Below, in pieces: positions 10,799 to 18,410 of a stretch of DNA of 64,000 bases. Both the position numbers and the translations under genes were made by a program. Positions within the stretch are counted from its first letter, which is position 1; each line of letters begins with the position of its first letter. The notes under the pieces are model-generated. The model was not told the origin of the DNA and searched no databases. It worked only from the letters and a program-made list of their open reading frames with translations. The stretch comes from Planctomycetota bacterium (GTDB lineage: Bacteria; Planctomycetota; Planctomycetia; Pirellulales; Pirellulaceae), in contig JBPOJB010000032.1 of assembly GCA_052034005.1 (NCBI GenBank), positions 21,007-85,006 on the forward strand, read 5' to 3'.

Positions 10799-12205
10799 AT
10801 GTTGTCCGGTCGACATGGTCACTATCCGTATCACCTGGCCAAGCTGGTCGCCGAGCGGTTGTATGCCAGTCAGCCGCGGAGCGCGCCGACGGAAAAGGTC
10901 CTGCTCAAGCTGTTTGAGACGCTCTATTTCGCGAGCATGAAGACCGACGAGGGTCGGCCTTGCCGATGCACGGTCAACTACGTGGACCCGCAGAATCCGA
11001 TGCGTGACGAGTCGCACCACGTGCGGGAAGGCGGCTGGGTGATCGTGCCGTTCGAGCAGCCGCTTGCGCTGGATGTGCGCACCGTCACGAAGCTGGCGGA
11101 AGCCACGGACCCGACCTCGTCGTCGCTGGCCGTGTTCGCCGACGGCGACGATCTGTTCATCTGGGGCATGGTGGACCAGGAGTTGCGGCACGCCGACTAT
11201 GTGGCGCTCGATTCCATCTCCACGCCGCGCCGGCCCGGGATGTTTCAGACGACCATTGTGGGCGTGGCGAACCTGTGCGTCTACAAGGACTTCACGCTGT
11301 TGGGAGGCCTCGAACAGAACAACCTGGTCCAGGAGTACCACGACGTGATGTGGTCCGGACCGGTCCACGACGTCCTGAAGGTGAACATGCAGGCCACGCT
11401 TCTGGAAGAGGCGGCGATCCCGGTGGGTCGGCTGCCCGGCCCGGACCTGGCGCTGGTGGAGGACGAGCTGTTCGTGCGTTGGCAGAACGCGATCTGCCGG
11501 ATCCTGGCGTGCATCCAGCAGTATCGCCACGGCGGCGGCCTGTTGATTGTGCCCAGCTACTTGTCCGCCGACCTGAATGTCAAGTACAACCTGACGTACG
11601 ACCGGTTGCCCAAAGCGGTGGTCGGGCTGACCAAGTACCAGCTGCTGAAGCGCGACACGGCGGAGATCGTGGCGCAGCATTGCCGGATGTCGAGCGACGT
11701 GTTGCCGGTGGAAACGCACGTGGACGCCATGACCTGCGAGGACCGGCTGGACGAGCACAAGTCGGAGACGCTGGGCTGCGTGCGTTTCATTGCGGCCTTG
11801 TCGCGCGTGGACGGCTTCGTGCTGTTGGACAAGAGCCTGGTGGTGCATGGGTTCGGGGTGGAGCTGCGGACCGACTCGGACCTGGTGGACATCTTCATCG
11901 CCGACGACACGCATGCGACGCCGCGGCTGCTGCGGAAGGCATCGCTGAGCCAGTTCGGCACGCGGCACCGCGCGATGATGCGCTATTGCAATGCGCATGA
12001 AGGCGCGCTCGGCTTCATCATCTCGCAGGACGGCGATGTGCGCGCGACCATGAAGGTCGGCAGCCGCCTGGTGCTGTGGGAGAACATCAACGTCCAGCTG
12101 GCCTTCAAGGAAGAGAACCGCGGCGCGCTGATCCGCAACCTCATGCCGATGCTCGGCATCTTCCAGCAATGGGCCGACTCGGTCGCCAGCTGGCGCACCG
12201 TGTAG
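10799..12205 (+). CDS. Divergent DAC (DisA_N / diadenylate-cyclase fold) domain protein with uncharacterised ~220-aa N-terminal domain, 468 aa
   Basis: ORF 10589..12205 was trimmed to the ATG at 10799 (MLSGRHGHYPYHL...). The ATG at 10727 is an alternative start. The C-terminal half carries HGGGLLIV, RVDGFVLLD and FGTRHRAMMRY...GFIISQDGDV in the same order as the CdaA/DisA signature elements (GALIV, HDGA, GTRHRAA...VSEETG). GC3-rich codon usage supports coding. The antisense ORF 10667..12265 was rejected. Confidence 0.65.
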   Translation: MLSGRHGHYPYHLAKLVAERLYASQPRSAPTEKVLLKLFETLYFASMKTDEGRPCRCTVNYVDPQNPMRDESHHVREGGWVIVPFEQPLALDVRTVTKLAEATDPTSSSLAVFADGDDLFIWGMVDQELRHADYVALDSISTPRRPGMFQTTIVGVANLCVYKDFTLLGGLEQNNLVQEYHDVMWSGPVHDVLKVNMQATLLEEAAIPVGRLPGPDLALVEDELFVRWQNAICRILACIQQYRHGGGLLIVPSYLSADLNVKYNLTYDRLPKAVVGLTKYQLLKRDTAEIVAQHCRMSSDVLPVETHVDAMTCEDRLDEHKSETLGCVRFIAALSRVDGFVLLDKSLVVHGFGVELRTDSDLVDIFIADDTHATPRLLRKASLSQFGTRHRAMMRYCNAHEGALGFIISQDGDVRATMKVGSRLVLWENINVQLAFKEENRGALIRNLMPMLGIFQQWADSVASWRTV

Positions 12206-12206
12206 C

Positions 12207-12247
12207 GCCGGGCCGCCGGCCTGGACTCGGCAGGCTGGCAGCCCGGC
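12207..12247. terminator. Strong GC-rich hairpin between convergent genes (candidate bidirectional terminator, no U-tract)
   Basis: Positions 12207-12223 pair with 12231-12247: 16 pairs including one G-U, with one mismatch at 12214/12240. The loop is gactcgg. The hairpin starts 2 nt after the TAG at 12203..12205 and ends 34 nt from the stop of the minus-strand gene at 12281. Confidence 0.5.
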
Positions 12248-12280
12248 CCCCCAGGGCGTCCGCACGAACTCGCACGCGTC

Positions 12281-13285
12281 TCACCGGTTCTGCTTGTCGA
12301 ACGCGCCGTCGAACGCGATCTGGCTGATGTTGAAGTCCAATCGCTTGACGAACTCGCAGGCCTCGCGGGCGCCGTGCAAGCGGTCCATCCCGGCGTCTTC
12401 CCACTCCACGGAGAGCGGGCCCTGGTAGCGGATGTCGTTCAGCGCCCGGATGATCGCCTCGAAGTCCACGCCGCCGCGGCCCAGCGAGCGGAAGTCCCAG
12501 CCGCGGCGATAGTCGCCGAAATTCAGGTGGCTCGCCAGGATCCCGCTGCGGCCGTCGAGCGTCACGATGGCATCCTTCATGTGCACGTGATAGATCCGAT
12601 CGGAGAACGCCCGGATGAACTCCACCGGATTGACCCGCTGCCAGTGCAGATGGCTCGGATCGAAGTTGAACCCGAATTCCGGGCGGCCGTCCAACGCCTC
12701 GATGGCCCGTTCGGTGGTGTAGATGTCGAAGGCGATCTCGGTCGGGTGGACCTCCAGCGCGAACTTGACGCCGCAGTCGCGGAACACGTCGAGGATCGGA
12801 TTCCAGCGTTCCGCCAGCAGCTCAAAGCCCCGGTCGATCCAGGCGGGCGGGACGGGCGGGAAGGAGTACAGCAGGTGCCAGATGCTCGAGCCGGTGAAGC
12901 CGTTGACCACATCCACACCCAGCCGCTGGGCCGCACGCGCGGAATCCATCATCGCCTGGGCCGCACGCCGGTTCACCCCGGCCGGATCGCCGTCGCCCCA
13001 GATCGTCGCCGGCAAGACCGACTTGTGCCGCTCGTCGATCAGATCCAATACGGCTTGACCTACCAGGTGATTGCTGATGGCGAACACCTGCAGATCGTAC
13101 TTCGCCAGCATCTCCCGCTTCCGCTGGCAGTAGCCGTCCTCCGCCAGCGCCTTGTCGACTTCGAAGTGGTCGCCCCAGCAGGCCAGCTCCAGCCCGTCGA
13201 ACCCGAATTCCTTGGCCAGGCGCGCCAGTTCTTCCAATGGCAGATCGGCCCACTGACCAGTGCACAATGTAATCGGACGTGACAT
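12281..13285 (-). CDS. Sugar phosphate isomerase/epimerase (xylose isomerase-like TIM barrel), 334 aa
   Basis: ORF 12281..13339 was trimmed to the ATG at 13285 ([34 protein letters not shown]...), with a GGAGAC SD-like motif upstream. Typical family segments are present: [35 protein letters not shown]. Confidence 0.8.
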   Translation of the reverse strand: MSRPITLCTGQWADLPLEELARLAKEFGFDGLELACWGDHFEVDKALAEDGYCQRKREMLAKYDLQVFAISNHLVGQAVLDLIDERHKSVLPATIWGDGDPAGVNRRAAQAMMDSARAAQRLGVDVVNGFTGSSIWHLLYSFPPVPPAWIDRGFELLAERWNPILDVFRDCGVKFALEVHPTEIAFDIYTTERAIEALDGRPEFGFNFDPSHLHWQRVNPVEFIRAFSDRIYHVHMKDAIVTLDGRSGILASHLNFGDYRRGWDFRSLGRGGVDFEAIIRALNDIRYQGPLSVEWEDAGMDRLHGAREACEFVKRLDFNISQIAFDGAFDKQNR

Positions 13286-13319
13286 GATGGTCGGTCTCCT
13301 TGAAGCAGACAGGTGTGGT

Positions 13320-13347
13320 TTGCGAGCGCCGCATTGCACCGTATTCT
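13320..13347 (+). promoter_or_regulatory. Candidate promoter TTGCGA-N16-TATTCT upstream of the URO-D-family gene
   Basis: The -35-like element is at 13320..13325 and the -10-like element at 13342..13347, in the 196-nt divergent intergenic region. This rests on motif evidence only. Confidence 0.25.
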
Positions 13348-13481
13348 GTCCGAAGGCGCGGCCTCTGGGTACTGGTGGTCCGCCACGAATTGCCCGCCGG
13401 GCCCCGCCCCGGCCTGCCAGGTTCCAGCCGGGGCGGTAGGATGGTCAGAGGGGCCGGGAAGCACAAGACAGGGAGCCTCAC

Positions 13482-14489
13482 ATGACCTCACGCCGACAGC
13501 TCGTCGAACAGGCTATGCGGTTCGGGCGCCCGGACCGGGTGCCGATCGTCTTCTGGAATCGCGATCAGACCGCAGGCGATCTGCTGCTGTATCACCTGTC
13601 GCGCGGCGTTCCCGGGGACGGCACGGCCCTGGCCAACGTGTGGGACTGGTCGACCAACGAGTGGGGCTATCGGCTCGAGTCGATGGACGACGGCACGATG
13701 GGCCACCCGGTGCAGGCGGTCTGGCCGGAACTGCCCGGCGTGGACGAGGTGCGGGTGCCCGAGCTGCGCGAGGCGGAACGGATGCACGCGGTGCCGGAGT
13801 TCCTGGCCCAGTGCGAGGATCGCTACCGGCTGGCCAGCCTGGACTTGAGCGGCTTTACGGTCTACACGTTCCTGCGCGGCTTCGAGAACGCCATGCAGGA
13901 TTTCCTGCTCGCCCCCGAACAGTTCGGACCGCTGATGGATCTGATCATGGATTTCGAGTGCCGGCTCATGACGATGGCCGCCCGCCACGGGTTCCACGGG
14001 ATTCATTTCGCGGATGACTGGGCGACTCAATCGGGGATGATCATCTCGCCCGCGATGTGGCGGGCGCTGTTCAAGCCGCGCTACCAGCGGCAGTTCGATC
14101 ACGCGCATCGCTTGGGATTGGATGTCTGGTACCACTGCTGCGGCAACCTGACGGACATCGCGGAGGACTTCCATGAAATCGGCGTCGACGTCCTGAACAT
14201 CTCGCAGCCGAATGTCGTCGATCTGGACGCCGTCAGCCGCAAGCTGCGCGGTCGCCAGTGCTTCATGATGCCGATCAGCTACCAGACGGTCTCCATCCAG
14301 GGCACGCCCGACGAGATCCTGGCCGAAGCGCAGCGGATGTACCAGCTGTTGGGGACGCCCGGCGGCGGCTTCATCGGCTACGTGGAGGAGTACGGCTGCA
14401 TGGGGATGTCCGCCGCGAACTACCGCGCCTGCGGCGAGGCGTTCCGTCGGCTGGATGTCAGCATGCTGCAGGCGGGCGGGGAGCGTTGA
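13482..14489 (+). CDS. Uroporphyrinogen decarboxylase (URO-D) family protein, 335 aa, function unknown in this context
   Basis: The overall pattern resembles URO-D/MtaA-like TIM-barrel proteins (HFADDWATQSGMIISPAMWRALFKPRYQRQFD..., WYHCCGN, NISQP). A GGGAG SD lies 6 nt upstream of the ATG at 13482. The family call is by eye. Confidence 0.6.
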   Translation: MTSRRQLVEQAMRFGRPDRVPIVFWNRDQTAGDLLLYHLSRGVPGDGTALANVWDWSTNEWGYRLESMDDGTMGHPVQAVWPELPGVDEVRVPELREAERMHAVPEFLAQCEDRYRLASLDLSGFTVYTFLRGFENAMQDFLLAPEQFGPLMDLIMDFECRLMTMAARHGFHGIHFADDWATQSGMIISPAMWRALFKPRYQRQFDHAHRLGLDVWYHCCGNLTDIAEDFHEIGVDVLNISQPNVVDLDAVSRKLRGRQCFMMPISYQTVSIQGTPDEILAEAQRMYQLLGTPGGGFIGYVEEYGCMGMSAANYRACGEAFRRLDVSMLQAGGER

Positions 14490-14502
14490 CTCGGCGTCGG
14501 GC

Positions 14503-15972
14503 TCACAGGATATGCTGGATCCCGTGCATGGCGGTCGAGGGCTGGGACCGGTTGGACACCGTGCAGGCGGCACACCGGTCGGCGCCATCCCAGCAGTAGG
14601 TGCAGAGCTGCTGCTTGGGGAGTCCGATGGCGGAGACCAGGTTCTCGAGTCGCTGGTGCTTCAAGGAGCTGAGCCCGAGTCGCTGCCGCACGCGCTCGAT
14701 CATCGCCGCATGGTGCTCGGAGTCGGGGTTGGTGAAGTCCGGCAGGGTGTCCTCGCGCGCTCCCAGCTCCTTGGCCGCTCGGCGGGCGGCCAGCTCCAGC
14801 ACGCTGCGGCTGCGCGAGAAGTTCAGGAACTTGCAGCCGAACAGCAGCGGCGGGCAGGCGGACCGCATGTGGATCTCCCGGGCACCGGCGTCGTAGAGCC
14901 GCTCGATGGTATCGCGCAACTGCGTGCCGCGGACGATCGAGTCTTCACAGAACAGCAGCCGTTTCCCGCGGATCAAGTCGCGGACGGGGATCAGTTTCAT
15001 GTGCGCGACCAGATCCCGCACCGATGGATCGGGGGGCAGGAAGCTGCGCGGCCAGGTCGGCGTGTACTTGACGAACGGGCGCCCGTACGCAATGCCCCGC
15101 GCATTGGCGTAGCCGATGGCGTGACCGGTCCCGGAATCGGGGATGCCGGCGACCAGGTCCAGCTCGACGTCGTCCGACCGGGCCAGCGCGGCGCCGCACC
15201 GGTTCCGCACCACTTCCACGTTGATCCCCTCGTAGCTCGACGCGGGATACCCGTAGTAGACCCACAGGAAGGAGCAGATCTGCATCTCGCTTTCCGGAGG
15301 CTTGACCGTCCGAGTGCTGCCCGCGGTCAGCCGCACGATCTCGCCCGGGCCCAAATACCGCTCCACCTCATAATCCAGGTTCGGCAGCGCGCAGGTCTCC
15401 ATCGTCACCGCATACGCATGGTCGTTGCGGGCCAGGACGACCGGCGTGCGCCCCAGCCGATCGCGCGCCGCATAGATGCAGTTCTCGGCGAGCAGCAGCA
15501 GGGAGCAGGACCCCTCGATCACTTCCTGCGCATACTGAATGCCCTCTTCAAACGTATCGCCCAGGTTGATCAGCGTGGCGACCAGCTCGGTGGGATTCAC
15601 CGCCTCGCCACTCATTTCCGAAAAATGGGTGCGGCGGCTCTTGAACAGTTCCGCACACAAGGCCTCCAGGTTCGTGATCCGGCCGACGGTGACCAGCGCA
15701 TAGGGGCCCAGGTGGGAGCCGATAATCAGCGGCTGATCGTCGTAGTCGCTGATCACGCCGATGCCCAATGAGCCGTGCAGCTGGCCCAGATCGCCCTCCA
15801 TCTTGCTGCGGAACTGCGAGGTCGTGATGTCCTTGATCAGCCGCGTGAATCCCTGTTCGTTCTTGACGGCGAGCCCACCGCGCACGGTGCCCAGGTGCGA
15901 GTGGTAATCGGTGCCGTAGAAGAGATCGAGGATGCACTCTCTCTTGGAGGCTACACCAAAAAAACCGCCCAT
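14503..15972 (-). CDS. Amidophosphoribosyltransferase-like (PurF family) protein lacking the N-terminal Cys nucleophile, 489 aa
   Basis: ORF 14503..16011 was trimmed to the ATG at 15972 (MGGFFGVASKREC...). The PRTase signature elements are present: DLVAGIPDSGTGHAIGYA and LLFCEDSIVRGTQL. A C-terminal Cys cluster (CTYCWDGADRCAAC) is present. The N-terminus aligns to the canonical MCG(I/V)xG(I/V) but has Gly in place of Cys. Confidence 0.8.
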   Translation of the reverse strand: MGGFFGVASKRECILDLFYGTDYHSHLGTVRGGLAVKNEQGFTRLIKDITTSQFRSKMEGDLGQLHGSLGIGVISDYDDQPLIIGSHLGPYALVTVGRITNLEALCAELFKSRRTHFSEMSGEAVNPTELVATLINLGDTFEEGIQYAQEVIEGSCSLLLLAENCIYAARDRLGRTPVVLARNDHAYAVTMETCALPNLDYEVERYLGPGEIVRLTAGSTRTVKPPESEMQICSFLWVYYGYPASSYEGINVEVVRNRCGAALARSDDVELDLVAGIPDSGTGHAIGYANARGIAYGRPFVKYTPTWPRSFLPPDPSVRDLVAHMKLIPVRDLIRGKRLLFCEDSIVRGTQLRDTIERLYDAGAREIHMRSACPPLLFGCKFLNFSRSRSVLELAARRAAKELGAREDTLPDFTNPDSEHHAAMIERVRQRLGLSSLKHQRLENLVSAIGLPKQQLCTYCWDGADRCAACTVSNRSQPSTAMHGIQHIL

Positions 15973-16018
15973 GCGGGGATCCCTTCGTGTCGGAAGTGCG
16001 GGCGCGGCCATATTTTAC

Positions 16019-16048
16019 TTGTCCGAGAACGGGTCTTACAAGTACAAT
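16019..16048 (+). promoter_or_regulatory. Candidate promoter TTGTCC-N18-TACAAT overlapped by a 7-bp inverted repeat (TACTTGT-N15-ACAAGTA, 16016..16044)
   Basis: It lies in the 132-nt divergent region between the PurF-like gene and the GH2 gene. The -10-like TACAAT is at 16043..16048, about 57 nt upstream of the GH2 ATG. This rests on motif evidence only. Confidence 0.3.
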
Positions 16049-16104
16049 CGTCTGCACCTGCCCGGCGACACGCACATGCACATTCCGAAGGAGCCACCCG
16101 CGCC

Positions 16105-18354
16105 ATGTCCACCTGCCCGTACCCCGCCCGCTTCCATGTCCCATCGCCCTGCGCGCGGCTGATCCTGGTATGTCTCGTGGGCCTCGCGTCCGGCGCATGG
16201 CCGACCTCCGCCGTGTCGGCCGACCGCCAGACCCTGTCGCTCAACGGCCAGTGGGAGATCGCCGACAGCGTCCTGGCGGACGCGATTCCCGAGACGTTCA
16301 CGCACGCCGTCCCGGTCCCCGGACTGGCGAATCTGGCCAGGCCGGCATTCGAGAACGTCGATGCGTTCCTGAGTCGCGAGCAGCTGGCCAATCGCATCGG
16401 AGCGGGCTTGTCCCCGAAGGAGTGGCTCACCCAGTTCCCCAACGGGAAATCGGATCAGGAGCGGAACTATTTCTGGTATCGCCGCGTGTTTCGGGCTCCG
16501 GAACAGCGGCAGGTCGCGCTGCTCAAGATCAACAAGGCCCAGTTCGGCACCGCCGTGTGGCTCAACGGGCGGAAACTGGGTGAGTACGCCGGGTGTTTCT
16601 CCGCCAGCTACTTCCATCTCGAGGAGGCCATCCGCTGGAAGGCCGACAATACGCTGCTCATACGCATCGGCGCCCACCCGGCCGTGCTGCCGGACACCTA
16701 CCCCACGGGTTCCGATTTCGAGAAGATCAAATGGACGCCCGGGATCTACGATGATGTCTCGTTGATCTGCTGCGACAATCCGTTGATCCAGTCGGTCCAG
16801 ATAGCGCCGGACATCGAGCGCGGCGAGATCACCGTGCAGACGACCGTCAAGAACTGCGGCGATCGGGCCGTCACGAGTTCGCTCATGCATGCCGTTCGGA
16901 CCTGGAAGACGCGCGAGTCGGTGGCGGTGTGCACGCCGCAGCCGGTTTCGTTGGCCGCGGGCGAAGAGCAGATCATTACGCAGACGATCGCGATTCCCCA
17001 CGCGCATTGGTGGTCGCCCGAGGATCCGTTCTTGTACGTGTTGCGGTCCAGCACGGGCGGCGATTCGCTCGCGACCCGCTTCGGCATGCGCGAGTTTCGA
17101 TTCGATGCCGCCACCAAGCGCGCACTGCTGAACGGACAGGTCTACTACCTGCGCGGCTCGAACATCACGCTGCATCGCTTCCTGGAGGACCCGCTCTGCC
17201 GGGATCTGCCCTGGAAGGAGACCTGGGTGCGCAAACTGCTCGGCGAACTGCCCAAGAAGATGCACTGGAACTACTTCCGGTTCTGCATCGGGCCGGTCCC
17301 GGATCGGTGGCTGGAGATCTGCGACGAGGTCGGCTTGCTGGTACAGAGCGAGTTTTTCGTCTGGACCGGCCGGCCGGGTTGGTACGAGGGATACGCCCGC
17401 ACCTATGATACGCTGGAGATGATCCGCCAGTACAAGGACTGGATGCGCGACCAATGGAACCATCCCAGCGTGGTCGTATGGGACGCGAACAACGAGACGG
17501 AGGATGCGACGTTCCGGGAGCAGATCATCCCGGCCGTCCGGCCGCTGGACCTGTCGCGGCGCCCCTGGGAGAACAGCTACAACCTGCCGGCGGACCCGAA
17601 CGATCCTGTGGAGTGCCACCCGTACTTGATGATCGGAGGGCACCGCGGTGAGCTGACGTTCCGGATGAGCGATCTGGAGACTCGGGACAGCTCGCCCGCG
17701 CCCGGTTCGGTGCCCACGGACACGAACCCGCCCTTGATCAACGAGTACGGCTGGCTCTGGCTCAATCGCGACGGGTCACCGACACGGCTGACCGAGCGGG
17801 TCTATTCCCAGCTCATGGGCGACAACACGACGGCGCGTGAGCGGCTGGACATGTGGGCCTACCTGTTGGCCGGCAAGACCGAGTACTGGCGAGCGCACCG
17901 CAAGTACGCGGGGGTCATCCACTTCGTGTATCTCACGTGCAGCTATCCGGGCGTGTACACCTCCGATCACTTCCAGGATGTCACGCGCCTCGAGCTGGAT
18001 CCGGCGTTTGCGGATTATGTCTCGCAAGCCTTCCAGCCGCTGGGCGTCTACATCAACTTCTTCCAACCGACCCTCAAGGCCGGCGCGGAGCGCAGGTTCC
18101 TGGTCATGCTGGTCAACGACTACTCTCAGGCGGTCACCGGCAAGCTGACGCTGTGCTTGGAAGACGCCGGCGGCACGGCGCTGGTGCAGGCCGAGCAGCG
18201 CTTCGAGATGTCGGCAGACGGCGATACCAGCGTGGAGCTGTCGCTGGCGATCCCGAGCGTGCCGGGCAAGTGCACGCTCAAAGCCGTGGCAACACTCGAC
18301 GGGCAGCCGGCGGTCGAACCGACGATCTGCCGGCGCTGGGTAGTTGTGGAATGA
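16105..18354 (+). CDS. GH2-family glycoside hydrolase (beta-mannosidase/beta-galactosidase-like), secreted, 749 aa
   Basis: ORF 15775..18354 was trimmed to the ATG at 16105, with a GAAGGAG SD 12 nt upstream. It has a signal-like N-terminus. GH2 hallmarks are present: a sugar-binding domain (NYFWYRRVF...AVWLNGRKLGEY), the acid/base VVWDANNETED and the nucleophile region PLINEYGWLW. Confidence 0.8.
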   Translation: MSTCPYPARFHVPSPCARLILVCLVGLASGAWPTSAVSADRQTLSLNGQWEIADSVLADAIPETFTHAVPVPGLANLARPAFENVDAFLSREQLANRIGAGLSPKEWLTQFPNGKSDQERNYFWYRRVFRAPEQRQVALLKINKAQFGTAVWLNGRKLGEYAGCFSASYFHLEEAIRWKADNTLLIRIGAHPAVLPDTYPTGSDFEKIKWTPGIYDDVSLICCDNPLIQSVQIAPDIERGEITVQTTVKNCGDRAVTSSLMHAVRTWKTRESVAVCTPQPVSLAAGEEQIITQTIAIPHAHWWSPEDPFLYVLRSSTGGDSLATRFGMREFRFDAATKRALLNGQVYYLRGSNITLHRFLEDPLCRDLPWKETWVRKLLGELPKKMHWNYFRFCIGPVPDRWLEICDEVGLLVQSEFFVWTGRPGWYEGYARTYDTLEMIRQYKDWMRDQWNHPSVVVWDANNETEDATFREQIIPAVRPLDLSRRPWENSYNLPADPNDPVECHPYLMIGGHRGELTFRMSDLETRDSSPAPGSVPTDTNPPLINEYGWLWLNRDGSPTRLTERVYSQLMGDNTTARERLDMWAYLLAGKTEYWRAHRKYAGVIHFVYLTCSYPGVYTSDHFQDVTRLELDPAFADYVSQAFQPLGVYINFFQPTLKAGAERRFLVMLVNDYSQAVTGKLTLCLEDAGGTALVQAEQRFEMSADGDTSVELSLAIPSVPGKCTLKAVATLDGQPAVEPTICRRWVVVE

Positions 18355-18410
18355 GGCGCCGACCTGTTCGAAACCCAACGTGCTGGTTCACCAGCAGAAA
18401 CGGACCTGTT

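Noticed and set aside
10667-12265. 532-aa minus-strand ORF opposite the DAC-like gene
   Set aside because: It is Arg/His/Gln/Pro-rich with no recognisable domain. The plus-strand frame carries clear DAC motifs and the proper GC3 bias.
14455-15771. 438-aa plus-strand ORF opposite the PurF-like gene
   Set aside because: It is an antisense shadow with low-complexity Gly/Arg/Ala content.
15775-16104. Upstream extensions of the GH2 ORF (15775..16104), the GH106-like ORF (17853..18410) and the glgP-like ORF (48201..49202)
   Set aside because: The extensions overlap neighbouring real genes and have junk composition. They end at internal ATGs preceded by SD-like motifs and followed by signal peptides or conserved N-termini.
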